The notes under the pieces: generated by a model
Told to the model about the DNA's origin: nothing
The model's database searches: none
What the model saw: only the letters and a program-made list of their open reading frames with translations
Program-made: the position numbers and the translations under genes
Assembly (NCBI GenBank): GCA_964613815.1
Contig: CAZTKG010000003.1
Location: 125,440-189,439 of the forward strand
Origin: an uncultured Gammaproteobacteria bacterium
Lineage (GTDB): Bacteria; Patescibacteriota; Patescibacteriia; UBA9934
DNA: 64,000 nucleotides
Reading direction: 5' to 3'
In this document: positions 12,828-22,251 of the stretch, piece by piece
Layout: the number at the start of each line of letters is the position of its first letter
Position numbering within the stretch: position 1 is the first letter of the stretch

Positions 12828-13712
12828 GTGGTCTAGAGCTTCTTCGGGGGAGTTGTATTCGATGTGGTAGATGACTCCAGGGTTTCCTCGGACGAATCTT
12901 GATAGTTTTGTGCCTTTTTTAGACATGAGCACGATCTGCTTGTTGTTTTTTTCTGCGAGGACGATTTCGCCACCGGCGCCTAGCGATGGGTAGGTGACTT
13001 CGGCGATTGTCATGTCTCGATTTGAGGCGTTTTCGAATCCGATGTTGTAGATTTCTTCTGGCGTAAGATCTTTTGCGACCTCTGGATCTGTATGCTGGTG
13101 GGGGACGTAGGCGTTGATCCCGAAGGATTCGCAGACACTTCCGATCGCTTCTAGGTAGCTTAGGAAGTCCTGACGGTCTTGTTGCGGGATGTTTGTGAGA
13201 GCGCTTGCGATGTAGGCGGTTTTTATTTTAACGCCAAGGACTTCGCCGTAGACTTTTTCTCGGGTGAATTCTTCTTTTGCGCCTTTGAGGAGGTAGACGT
13301 CTTTGACGCCGGCGTCTATTAAGACGTCCCAGCAGTATTTGCAGCACCACCAGTGGCCGTAGAGGTAGAGGTCTGATCCTTGGGTGTCGCGCCCTAATGA
13401 TTTTGCCACGTTGACGACGGTGCACTCTGCGTGTCCTGGAGGGTCGTGGACGGCGCAGAGGTCGTAGCCTTGGCCTGTGGGCGCGTCGTGGACGTAGCGC
13501 TTGCAGATGATTCTGGCACTTCGCCCCTTATTGAATCCGTTTCCAGCGCATGCGATTTCTACAGAATCTTTCACTAAACAGGCGCCGATTGGATAGAGCC
13601 GATCGCCGGACAAGTGATGACGCGCGAGCTTAGCCCGCTGCATGAATTTATTGTCTAGTGTCGTAAAACGAATTTCTTTGCCATCGGGAAGGTAAGGGTA
13701 CTCAATTTTCAT
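12789..13712 (-). CDS. dCMP-deaminase-like domain fused to nucleoside 2-deoxyribosyltransferase/DNPH1-like domain
   Basis: GHAE...WWCCKYC zinc deaminase motifs; C-terminal AYIAS, YVPH, IAEVTYPSLGAGGE. Confidence 0.85.
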   Translation of the reverse strand: MKIEYPYLPDGKEIRFTTLDNKFMQRAKLARHHLSGDRLYPIGACLVKDSVEIACAGNGFNKGRSARIICKRYVHDAPTGQGYDLCAVHDPPGHAECTVVNVAKSLGRDTQGSDLYLYGHWWCCKYCWDVLIDAGVKDVYLLKGAKEEFTREKVYGEVLGVKIKTAYIASALTNIPQQDRQDFLSYLEAIGSVCESFGINAYVPHQHTDPEVAKDLTPEEIYNIGFENASNRDMTIAEVTYPSLGAGGEIVLAEKNNKQIVLMSKKGTKLSRFVRGNPGVIYHIEYNSPEEALDHLGRVLVQIDPKG

Positions 13713-14211
13713 AGGGTTTGAGATGAAGCAGTGCCGCTTCTCCCCCTAGCGATTCTTGCGAGATTAGGTCTAGTTTTACTGGATTAATACCGTCTGCGAG
13801 CCCCACTCCCCTGCCGAAGAGGATGGGCTCTATGGTGAGAAAATAGTCGGTGATGAGGCCTGCGTCGATGAATTGTTTGTAAATTTGGCCTCCGCCGGCG
13901 ATGACGCATGACTCGAATCCTCTGCCCTTTAGGCTGGAGATGATGTCTTCTGGTGTGACTGATGTATATTCTAGCTCGCCATGAATGGATTCGTAGCGCT
14001 CTGGACTACGGGTCATGACGATATTTAGACGGCCTGGCAGCGGCCTTCCGATGGTTTCGTAGGTTGTGCGGCCCATGATGAGGACGCCAGCCTCTTTGGT
14101 CTTCTTTACGAAAAAACGCTTGTCAGATTTACTGGTCCAATCTGCAAGCTGGTCGGATTCTTCGGCGATTTTTCCGTCGAGGGTGATCGCGGCGAGAAGC
14201 CAAGTGTTCAT
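13702..14211 (-). CDS. folA: Dihydrofolate reductase
   Basis: ITLDGKI, IMGRTTYETIGRPLPGRLNIV, GGGQIY. Confidence 0.9.
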   Translation of the reverse strand: MNTWLLAAITLDGKIAEESDQLADWTSKSDKRFFVKKTKEAGVLIMGRTTYETIGRPLPGRLNIVMTRSPERYESIHGELEYTSVTPEDIISSLKGRGFESCVIAGGGQIYKQFIDAGLITDYFLTIEPILFGRGVGLADGINPVKLDLISQESLGGEAALLHLKPYEN

Positions 14212-15056
14212 ACGGAGATTTTCATTTTTTTGAGCGACTTCATGGGCTTGTACTGGTCTTTCAGCGATTGCGCGATCTCTTTGACGAGACTCACGTCTTC
14301 TGCGAGCGCGCGTTCGAAAGACCTTTCCGGGAGACGAAGCTTGATCTCCTGATGGCGATGCGGCATACGGCTGATGAGGGTTTTGGCTTGGTCGTAGTGA
14401 TTTCCGTAGACATGTGCGTGCGAGATGGAAACGGTGTACTTCCCCACCCCGGCCCGGAGCTCCTGCGCAAGCATGGATTGCAGGAGCGCGAAACCGGCCA
14501 CGTCGTGGGGATTTCCGAGCATCATGTCATTTGATCTGAGAACGAGATGGAGATTTAGTTTTCCGCCGATGATGTTTGCTGTGAACGTAAATGGACATGG
14601 GACATTCTTCTTTTTGGGTGCGGTGAGGCCGTCTGAGGCCGGGTCCCACATCATCACCACTCCCTGGCGGGATGTTGGCTCTGTTTTGAGGTGGTTGACG
14701 AGGTCCATGAGCTGGTCGCGGCCGAAATGATGTCGCCAACGGTAGCCATAAGCGGTCTGCATGGTGTTGTCCTCCTCTGCGAAATCGTCCCAGATCTTGG
14801 TGAATTGTTGAACGAATGAAAGATCTTTTTGGCCCGTGATCATCCAAACCACTTCTGAGACAAATAGGCCTATTGGGATTCTTCTGAGAGTTAGGAGTGG
14901 GAATCCATCTCCTGGACTTAGCTCCATTGTCCTTCCTGGAAGTGCAGTGATGTTGATCTTGGTTCGCTCGTGAAAAAACTCGTCGCCATTGATCATAATG
15001 GCGGCGATCATATCCCTGTATTGCTGATCGTACTTTGTCATAACGGTTTTTTTCAC
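14208..15056 (-). CDS. thyA: Thymidylate synthase-family protein (atypical specificity residues; possible dCMP methylase)
   Basis: FPLLT, IWD, YGYRWR, PC, RSND, HAHVY; PHD in place of PFN. Confidence 0.9.
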   Translation of the reverse strand: MKKTVMTKYDQQYRDMIAAIMINGDEFFHERTKINITALPGRTMELSPGDGFPLLTLRRIPIGLFVSEVVWMITGQKDLSFVQQFTKIWDDFAEEDNTMQTAYGYRWRHHFGRDQLMDLVNHLKTEPTSRQGVVMMWDPASDGLTAPKKKNVPCPFTFTANIIGGKLNLHLVLRSNDMMLGNPHDVAGFALLQSMLAQELRAGVGKYTVSISHAHVYGNHYDQAKTLISRMPHRHQEIKLRLPERSFERALAEDVSLVKEIAQSLKDQYKPMKSLKKMKISV

Positions 15057-15138
15057 CCTAGCAAATCAACCTTTTGCTGCAATGATGGATTGTGGACAGA
15101 TCGAAATGCGGGTCTATTTTTGGTATAATGTGAGCGCT

Positions 15139-15936
15139 ATGAACGATCGATCGCGTTTTGTTGTTGTGGAGGGGATAACTGGAAGTGGAAAATCTACCTG
15201 CCTTCGTGCGATTCACGCGTATTTGGTTGATCAAGGCCTTCGTGTTTTTGATGCCCAAGCCTTTGCTGAGGAGTCGCACGATCCGCCGCATTTTGATAGC
15301 CATGGCGATTTTGATGTCTACTTTACGTTTGAGCCAACGAAATGGTGGGTTGGGCATGCGATTCGGAAGGAGATGTCGTTTGGTGATACGTACTCTGGAC
15401 TTGAGCAGGCGCATGCGTTTTCTCTTGATCGACTTATTCAGTACAGACGATTTATCTTGCCAGCGCTTCGAGCTGGAAAGACCGTGATTCAAGATCGGTG
15501 CGTGTCCTCCTCCCTCTTGTATCAGCCGATCATTGCCGGAGGTCCACATCAAGATGCTGTTGCCGCCCTCCCTGGGAATGCGCTTGCGCTCAAGCATGCG
15601 CCGGGGCATCTCATTGTTCTTGATCTGGATGCGAAGAAGGCTTGCGAGAGGCTGCAGGGGCGATTTGATGAATCTAAGGGCGTATTTGAGCAACTGGAGC
15701 TTTTACAGAATATTGATAAACGCATTCGCTCTGACTGGTTTCGTGACTTATTTACTTCGCGCGGCACGACAATTCATGCGCTTGATGCGGATGGTACGCC
15801 CGATATTGTTGCGCAGCGATCTATTGAACTTATCCAATCCATTATTCCCGACCTATGCCCGCAAAAAAACTCATCTCCGTTGGACAGCTCATTGACGAGA
15901 CGTGGGACCACTACCGTGCAAAGTTCCCAGACTTAA
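15139..15936 (+). CDS. tmk: Thymidylate kinase
   Basis: VEGITGSGKST, FEP, QDRCVSSSLLYQ. Confidence 0.88.
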   Translation: MNDRSRFVVVEGITGSGKSTCLRAIHAYLVDQGLRVFDAQAFAEESHDPPHFDSHGDFDVYFTFEPTKWWVGHAIRKEMSFGDTYSGLEQAHAFSLDRLIQYRRFILPALRAGKTVIQDRCVSSSLLYQPIIAGGPHQDAVAALPGNALALKHAPGHLIVLDLDAKKACERLQGRFDESKGVFEQLELLQNIDKRIRSDWFRDLFTSRGTTIHALDADGTPDIVAQRSIELIQSIIPDLCPQKNSSPLDSSLTRRGTTTVQSSQT

Positions 15937-16733
15937 CACGCGTATCTCTTTGGCTCTTCTTGGGCGCGCTCCTTTGGACGATTGGCGTCATTATTGCTCC
16001 CGTTGGAGACCCGATGGATATTCTGTTTACAGGAACTCAATCGCTTTCTGATATTCTTGGAAGTGCCTGGCTTATTGTGGTGAGCGCCATTATTCAACCA
16101 CTTATCTTTGTTTGGGTGGTGCTTGCGATGATTCTCTTGATTGAGCGACAATTTCTCCGTAAGAAAATTGGTAATCCCGCGAAGGATGCGACAAAGCTGT
16201 TCTTGCCCTATGTCTGGATCAGCCTTTTGAAAACAGCTATTACCTTCCTCCCCTTTCTCCTTATTGCTCCAGGGATTGTAATCCTGTTGACCGAGGCACT
16301 GGGTGGAGATGCTCCGTTTTTGGAGGGAATTGGTTCAATTCTGTTGTTAGCTGGCATCGTTGCTACAATTTGCTTGGTTTTTGCGTTCTTGGTCCGCTTT
16401 GCTTTTGTGGGATACGAACTTACGCTCCATGATCACCGTGGTCTCAAGGCCCTGAAGGCCTCCAATGCCCTTGTGAAGGGGCGATTCTGGTCTGTATTTT
16501 GGCGATATATTGCTCCGCGAATGGTGTTTGGCGCTGCGGCGGTCGTGATTCAACTCGCGCTTTACTTTGTGCTCATCGTCTCTCTGGCTGCCATTCCTGC
16601 GACAGGACCTGCCATGTTCAAGATCTCTAGCGTGCTCTTGCAGATTAATGATGTTCTTGTTCTCGTTCTTCTACTTCCAATTCTAACCATTGCTGACTAC
16701 AAATTATTCGACAGTCTTCGTAAGACCAAATAA
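15855..16733 (+). CDS. Multi-pass membrane protein
   Basis: Hydrophobic; ALKASNALVKGRFW motif; paralogue of next gene. Confidence 0.75.
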   Translation: MPAKKLISVGQLIDETWDHYRAKFPDLTRVSLWLFLGALLWTIGVIIAPVGDPMDILFTGTQSLSDILGSAWLIVVSAIIQPLIFVWVVLAMILLIERQFLRKKIGNPAKDATKLFLPYVWISLLKTAITFLPFLLIAPGIVILLTEALGGDAPFLEGIGSILLLAGIVATICLVFAFLVRFAFVGYELTLHDHRGLKALKASNALVKGRFWSVFWRYIAPRMVFGAAAVVIQLALYFVLIVSLAAIPATGPAMFKISSVLLQINDVLVLVLLLPILTIADYKLFDSLRKTK

Positions 16734-16735
16734 CT

Positions 16736-17509
16736 ATGGATACCACACAAGCAGTTCAAGCCACCTCCCCTGCTGCTGGCGCACTCATGAGCGCCAGCGA
16801 CCTCATACGCGCAACATTTCAAACGTATAAGTCTCATCTTGGAATGTATTTTGGATTTGGCGCCTGGCTCTTTATTCCGGCAGTTTTGATCATTCTTGGA
16901 TCCCTTCTTGCAGGCTCTTCGGATGGAGCTGCTGTTGCCGATGGAATTGCTAGCTTTTCGACGCTTCTGTATGTCATTCTCACGCTCTGGGTCACGGCGG
17001 TAACGATTCTTGCTACGAATAACCTTGGCGCCGGCGCTCAGGCTCGTGGGCTTGGCAGTGCTGCATGGGGGCTTGTTCCGTCCTTGATCCTTATCATGAT
17101 CCTTCAAACTTTTATTACGATTTTTGGATATATTCTCCTCATTATTCCTGGCATTATCTTTTCCATCTGGTTTAGCTTCTCAGGCGTTGTGCAGGCGGTT
17201 GAAAAGCCTGGGGTTGTTGCTTCATTGAAACGCAGTCGCGCGCTTGTCCGTGGCCGCTGGTGGGGCGTGTTTGGTCGAGGACTCTTGTTTGGGCTTGTTA
17301 CGGGGATTGCCTATATTGCCATTACGTTTGCCGTTCTTCTTGTGACCGGCGGGCTTTCTAGCATCGGGGGAAGCGTTATTGGGCCAATTGCAGAACTTCT
17401 TATTCGACTTGTCGATGTTCTCTTTATTCCATTTTATGCTGTATTCATGACCTTGTTTTATCGAGATCTGGTTAAATCACCTTCTGCTCCTGCAAAAGCT
17501 GCAGCCTAA
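16736..17509 (+). CDS. Multi-pass membrane protein (DUF975/GDPD-membrane-domain-like)
   Basis: LLIIPGII, SLKRSRALVRGRWW. Confidence 0.75.
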   Translation: MDTTQAVQATSPAAGALMSASDLIRATFQTYKSHLGMYFGFGAWLFIPAVLIILGSLLAGSSDGAAVADGIASFSTLLYVILTLWVTAVTILATNNLGAGAQARGLGSAAWGLVPSLILIMILQTFITIFGYILLIIPGIIFSIWFSFSGVVQAVEKPGVVASLKRSRALVRGRWWGVFGRGLLFGLVTGIAYIAITFAVLLVTGGLSSIGGSVIGPIAELLIRLVDVLFIPFYAVFMTLFYRDLVKSPSAPAKAAA

Positions 17510-17581
17510 GAGGGATTTTATAAAACCGATTCCGCGTGAATCGGTTTTATTTTTGAGAAAATCCTGCTAGAATCGGCTCAT

Positions 17582-19090
17582 ATGAATCTAGCGCCCGTGA
17601 TTGGTCTTGAGACCCATATTCAGCTGAAAACAAAGACAAAGCTCTTTTGTGCGTGTTCGAATGATGCGCGCCAAAGCGGGCCGAATGCCCATATTTGTCC
17701 TGTTTGCCTTGGGCACCCTGGCGTCTTGCCGGTACCGAATCGTCAGGCGGTTGAATGGTCTGTCTTGCTCGGTCTTGCTTTGAATGGGTCTATTTCTGGG
17801 TATTCGAAGTTTGATCGGAAGCATTACTTTTACCCTGATTTACCTAAGGCTTATCAGATTTCGCAGTTTGACTTGCCGATTATGGAGGATGGGCATGTTG
17901 TTTTGGATGTTCCCGGCGAGGGCGAGGTTCGGATTGACATTGAGCGACTTCATCTTGAGGAGGATGCGGCGAAAAACCTGCATGGTGATGATGGGTCTAC
18001 GTATGTTGACTTTAACCGTGGAGGGACGCCGCTTTGCGAGATTGTGACGAAGCCGGTGATTAAGTCCTCTGCTCAGGCGAAGGCTTATATGCAGTATCTA
18101 CGATTGCTCGCTCGTACGCTTGAGGTTTCTGACGGGGATATGGAAAAAGGTAATTTACGATGTGATGTGAACATCTCGCTTCGTGAGGTGGACGATGAGG
18201 GGAATCCGCTTTCTGATGAATTGCATGCGAAGACAGAAATCAAAAATGTGAACTCGTTTAAGGCTGTTGAGCGGGCGATCGCGTATGAGATTAAGCGGCA
18301 GACGGAGCTTTGGGAGGCCGGGAAGGCGCCGGGTGTGAATACGACTCGTCGGTGGATTGATGCGAAGCAGAAGACGGAGCAGTCTCGGAGCAAAGAGGAC
18401 GCGGCGGATTATCGGTATTTCCCTGAGCCGGATATTCCTCCAATGAAGCTTGAGGTGATGCGGGATGAGATTCAGGCTCGGATGCCTGAGTTGCCACTTG
18501 CGAAGAAGCATCGGTTTGTGGAGGAGTATGGGTTCCGACCTTCTGATGCGGGAGCGCTTATTGATGATGCGGCTGTTGCGGGATTTACGGAGAATGCGAT
18601 GAGCGAACTTGGGGCATGGCTGCAGAGTTCGCCAGATATTGATGCTGAGGCGATGCCGGAGATGCGGAAGAAGCTTGTGAAGCTGTATGCTGGATGGGTT
18701 TTGAATAAGCTTGCGGGGGTTCTCGCGGAGCGGAAGATTTTGTTTGGTGAGATGAAGGTGACGGCGGAGAATTTTGCAGAGTTTATTTTGATGATTGCTC
18801 GAGGGGAGGTTACGGGGACGAAGGGACTGGAGATTCTTGGTGAGATGGTTGATACGGGCGGTGACCCTTCGCAGATTGTGGAGAGTATGGGAGCGAAGCG
18901 GATTGATGATGAAGGGGCGCTTGGGGAGGTTATTGATGGCATTATTGCCGATAATCCTGGGGAGGTTGAGCGGTTTAAGGGCGGTGAGGCGAAGTTGATG
19001 CAGTTCTTTATTGGGCAGGTGATGAAGGCGACGACTGGGAATGCGGATCCGGGGGCTGCGGCAAAGATTTTGAAGCAGAAGTTGGGATAG
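17582..19090 (+). CDS. gatB: Asp/Glu-tRNA amidotransferase subunit B
   Basis: IGLETHIQL, YFYPDLPK, HLEEDA, RCDVN, YRYFPEPD. Confidence 0.97.
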   Translation: MNLAPVIGLETHIQLKTKTKLFCACSNDARQSGPNAHICPVCLGHPGVLPVPNRQAVEWSVLLGLALNGSISGYSKFDRKHYFYPDLPKAYQISQFDLPIMEDGHVVLDVPGEGEVRIDIERLHLEEDAAKNLHGDDGSTYVDFNRGGTPLCEIVTKPVIKSSAQAKAYMQYLRLLARTLEVSDGDMEKGNLRCDVNISLREVDDEGNPLSDELHAKTEIKNVNSFKAVERAIAYEIKRQTELWEAGKAPGVNTTRRWIDAKQKTEQSRSKEDAADYRYFPEPDIPPMKLEVMRDEIQARMPELPLAKKHRFVEEYGFRPSDAGALIDDAAVAGFTENAMSELGAWLQSSPDIDAEAMPEMRKKLVKLYAGWVLNKLAGVLAERKILFGEMKVTAENFAEFILMIARGEVTGTKGLEILGEMVDTGGDPSQIVESMGAKRIDDEGALGEVIDGIIADNPGEVERFKGGEAKLMQFFIGQVMKATTGNADPGAAAKILKQKLG

Positions 19091-19146
19091 CTTGAAGAAA
19101 ACACCAGAGCTGATGAGCTCTGGTGTTTTTTTGATATCTCCTGCCG

Positions 19147-19194
19147 CCATCTCGACCTTGGCGGAGAGATCTCTCCACTGCGGTCGAGATGGGA
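19147..19194. repeat. Palindromic repeat family A copy
   Basis: CCATCTCGACC...GAGATCTCTCCAC..GGTCGAGATGGGA. Confidence 0.85.
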
Positions 19195-19209
19195 GTGGAG
19201 GGTTTTTAT

Positions 19210-19941
19210 TTATTTGATGAAATCTCGGACCATTTCCATCACCCCCTCCCCGCTCGTGATCCAAACGATGTTGTCGTTTCGCTTGAACCACGTCATTTGG
19301 CGTTTCGCGTAGTGGCGCGTGTCTCGTTTGATGAGCCTGATGGCTTCTGCTAGATCGTATTCGCCTTCTAGGTGATTGATGATTTGGCGGTAGCCGATAC
19401 CCGTCATGGCTGTGGCGGTTTTTGGGTAGGATTTTAGGAGTGTTTGGACTTCTTCGATGAGACCCTCTTCGATCATTTGATCTACTCGCGCGTTGATGCG
19501 GGCGTATAGCTCCTCTTTTTCTATTTTGATGCCGATTTGGAGAGCTTGATATTTGGATGGGCCTTTTGTGTCAGCGGAATCGAATTGGTAGTTATCAATG
19601 AGCGCTTCTGTGTAGAGGCCGGTGCCTCCGGCGATGATGGGGAGCCCTCCCCTGCTTTTGATTTCGGTGATTTTTGCCTCGGCGAAGTCTTTGAATTCTG
19701 CCGCCGAGTAAGCTTCGTCGGGGTTTCTGATGTCGATGCCCCAGTGCGAGATACCTTCGATGAGCAAAGCGCCCGCTGGATCGAGTGATCCTGCGGGTTT
19801 TGCTGTGCCGATATTCATCCCACGGTAGATCTGGCGGGAATCTGCTGATATGACCTCGCCCTTGAATACCTTTGCGATATTGATGGCGAGCGCGGTTTTG
19901 CCGGCGGCGGTTGGGCCGATGATGGCGACGATTTTCTCCAT
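19210..19941 (-). CDS. miaA: tRNA dimethylallyltransferase (short form)
   Basis: GPTAAGKT, DSRQIY, GTAKP, GGTGLY, YAKRQMTWF. Confidence 0.95.
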   Translation of the reverse strand: MEKIVAIIGPTAAGKTALAINIAKVFKGEVISADSRQIYRGMNIGTAKPAGSLDPAGALLIEGISHWGIDIRNPDEAYSAAEFKDFAEAKITEIKSRGGLPIIAGGTGLYTEALIDNYQFDSADTKGPSKYQALQIGIKIEKEELYARINARVDQMIEEGLIEEVQTLLKSYPKTATAMTGIGYRQIINHLEGEYDLAEAIRLIKRDTRHYAKRQMTWFKRNDNIVWITSGEGVMEMVRDFIK

Positions 19942-19945
19942 ACTC

Positions 19946-21688
19946 CTAGAGCGGGAGCTTTGCGGCCTCCCCTGCCCTGCTTGCAAGCTCCGCCTGTGGG
20001 AATGTGAGATCTTCTTCTTGGCCGAAGACGTTTATGGTGAGATCTCCTCCCTCCGTCTCTCGGTTGCCGATGACGATGGTCCATGGGGTTTTCATCATCG
20101 CTGCGGCTCGGATCTTTTTGCCGATTTTTTCACTTGTGCTGTCTACGGAAACTCGAATGTCGGCCTCTGACAGTTCTGCTGCGAGCTTTTCTGCATGTGG
20201 GATGACGGCGTCGTTTACGGTGACAAGGCGGACCTGCTCTGGAGCGAGCCAGAATGGAAATGCGCCTGCGACGTGCTCGATGAGGACAGAGAGGAAGCGT
20301 TCGATGGAGCCCATGATAGCGGCGTGAATCATGACGATGCGCTCGCTTGATCCGTCTTCTGCGATGCAGCTGAGGTCGAAACTCTCTGGCATAGATCGGT
20401 CGATTTGGATGGTTGCGACTTGCCATTCGCGGCCGATGGAGTCCTTTGCGATGAAGTCGATCTTTGGTCCGTAGAATGCAGCTTCGCCTGGCGCTACTGT
20501 GTAATCTGCGCCGCGTTCTTTGATCCATGCTTCGAACTCGTCTACTGCTGCGTCCCAGGTTTCGATAGAGCCCATGTAGGCGTCCATGTTATCTGGATCG
20601 TGTGTGGACAGGCGGACATTTAGCTCGAAGCCGAATGCGCCGTAGAATGTTTCGATGATGTCCCATATCTTGAGCGCCTCTTCTTTTGCTTGAGACTCTC
20701 GGCAGAAGACGTGGGCATCGTCTTGAGTGATGGAGCGGACGCGTGCGAGACCAGCGAGCTCGCCTGTTTGCTCATCGCGATAAACGACGGTTGTATTTGA
20801 ATAGCGCTGTGGCATGTCTCGGTAGCTCCAGAGCTGGCGTTTGAAGATTTGTGTGTGGTGCGGGCAGTTCATTGGCTTGAGCGCGAACTCGTGGTCTTCT
20901 CGGGTTTTGATGCGGAAGAGGTCGTCTTTGAACTTGTCCCAGTGACCGCTTGTTTCGTAGAGATCTTTTTTGGTGATGTGTGGGATTTCTACTTTTTGGT
21001 AACCTCGGGCGCGGCGCATTTGCCAGACGAACTCGTCTAGAACAGTTCTGAGAACGGTCCCGCGCGGGGTGAAGAGTGGGAGACCGGATCCGACTAGATC
21101 GGAAAAAGTGAATAGGTCTAGTTCTTTGCCGAGTTTTCGGTGGTCTCGTTTTTTCGCCTCCTCGATCATGGCGAGATGGGCCTTTAGTTCTTTTTTGTTG
21201 TTGAATGCGACGCCGTAGATTCGGGTGAGCATTTTGTTCTTTTCGTCCCCTCTCCAGTAGGCGCCGGCGACTTTTGTGAGCTTGAAGCTTTGCGGGTCGA
21301 TTTCTTCTGTTTTTGTGACGTGGGGGCCGAGACAGAGGTTTTCGAACCAGTCAGACTTGTAGAAGCTGACGTTTTTTTCTCCCTTCTCTTTTAGCTCGTT
21401 GATGAGCTCTGTTTTGTAGGGGTCGTTTTTATATTCTTTGAGCGCTGGGTCGAAATCCATACTGTGCTGCTCGAAAGCGATGTTGGATTTGATGATTTCT
21501 CGCATGCGAGCTTCGAGCTTTTCGAAGATTTCCTCCGAGATTGGTTCTGGGAGGTCGTAGTCTTGGTAGAAGCCGTTTTCTATGACTGGACCGACACCGA
21601 GGCCTGCATTTGGATACAGTTCGACAACCGCCATGGTCATGATGTGGGATAGGGAGTGACGATTCTTATATATTTGGTCGTTTTGCAT
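19946..21688 (-). CDS. thrS: Threonyl-tRNA synthetase
   Basis: RHSLSH, GAYWRGD, RDHRKLG, KPMNCP, AFYGPKID; start reassigned to MQND. Confidence 0.97.
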   Translation of the reverse strand: MQNDQIYKNRHSLSHIMTMAVVELYPNAGLGVGPVIENGFYQDYDLPEPISEEIFEKLEARMREIIKSNIAFEQHSMDFDPALKEYKNDPYKTELINELKEKGEKNVSFYKSDWFENLCLGPHVTKTEEIDPQSFKLTKVAGAYWRGDEKNKMLTRIYGVAFNNKKELKAHLAMIEEAKKRDHRKLGKELDLFTFSDLVGSGLPLFTPRGTVLRTVLDEFVWQMRRARGYQKVEIPHITKKDLYETSGHWDKFKDDLFRIKTREDHEFALKPMNCPHHTQIFKRQLWSYRDMPQRYSNTTVVYRDEQTGELAGLARVRSITQDDAHVFCRESQAKEEALKIWDIIETFYGAFGFELNVRLSTHDPDNMDAYMGSIETWDAAVDEFEAWIKERGADYTVAPGEAAFYGPKIDFIAKDSIGREWQVATIQIDRSMPESFDLSCIAEDGSSERIVMIHAAIMGSIERFLSVLIEHVAGAFPFWLAPEQVRLVTVNDAVIPHAEKLAAELSEADIRVSVDSTSEKIGKKIRAAAMMKTPWTIVIGNRETEGGDLTINVFGQEEDLTFPQAELASRAGEAAKLPL

Positions 21689-21700
21689 ATGCGTCTTTGC

Positions 21701-21749
21701 CCCATCTCGAGCGAAGTCGAGAGATCTCTCCACTTCGGTCGAGATGGGA
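21701..21749. repeat. Palindromic repeat family A copy in thrS leader
   Basis: CCCATCTCGAGC...GAGATCTCTCCACTTCGGTCGAGATGGGA. Confidence 0.85.
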
Positions 21750-21764
21750 ATGGAAATTAATAAT

Positions 21765-21910
21765 CAAAAATGAGACCAGCAAAAATGCTGCTCTCGGGAC
21801 CCCTTTTGGGGCGGTTCCACCCGAGTTGTCGGCTTTTTTGATGAAGTCGACCGCTCTTTTAACTGCGCAGACGGGCGTAGTTCCGATCACTCCTGGGTTG
21901 GTGAGGCCCG
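21765..21910 (-). promoter_or_regulatory. T-box riboswitch of thrS
   Basis: Minus strand AACTCGGGTGGAACCGCC...GTCCCGAG antiterminator, then GAGAGCAGCA..TGCTGGTCTC-TTTTT terminator; GGA-ACT possible Thr specifier. Confidence 0.8.
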
Positions 21911-21996
21911 ATCTTGATGATGGTTTTAGGTTAGCGTAGTTTTGGTTGACGTGCAAGGGACTTGGTGATAGTCTTCGGGCGCAATGTGGAGGCCAA

Positions 21997-22251
21997 ATGG
22001 CTTATGATAGCGGCGTCTCTCTGTGGAGAGGCTCTGGCGAGGAATACTGCATGAAGCACAAGATCTCGTTCCCGGGCATCAGCTGTCCTGACTGCCGATT
22101 CGAGATCAGGCGCAAGCTCGATCAGGAGCGCGCACTTGCCGAGAAGAAAGCGATTGTTGCCGCAGCTACTTCGGGGGCTACACGTCATCCGTTTGCGGTC
22201 GACGATCGTCAGCGTGAAGCCTGCAGCCCGGACGTTGACTCTCCTTCGTGA
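21997..22251 (+). CDS. Small CxxH/CxxC zinc-finger-like protein
   Basis: YCMKHKISFPGISCPDC; GGAGG RBS; TTGACG-17-TAGTCT promoter. Confidence 0.6.
   Translation: MAYDSGVSLWRGSGEEYCMKHKISFPGISCPDCRFEIRRKLDQERALAEKKAIVAAATSGATRHPFAVDDRQREACSPDVDSPS

Noticed and set aside
21689-21733. ThrS N-terminal extension MERSLDFARDG
   Set aside because: It is translation of the palindromic repeat upstream of the likely true start.
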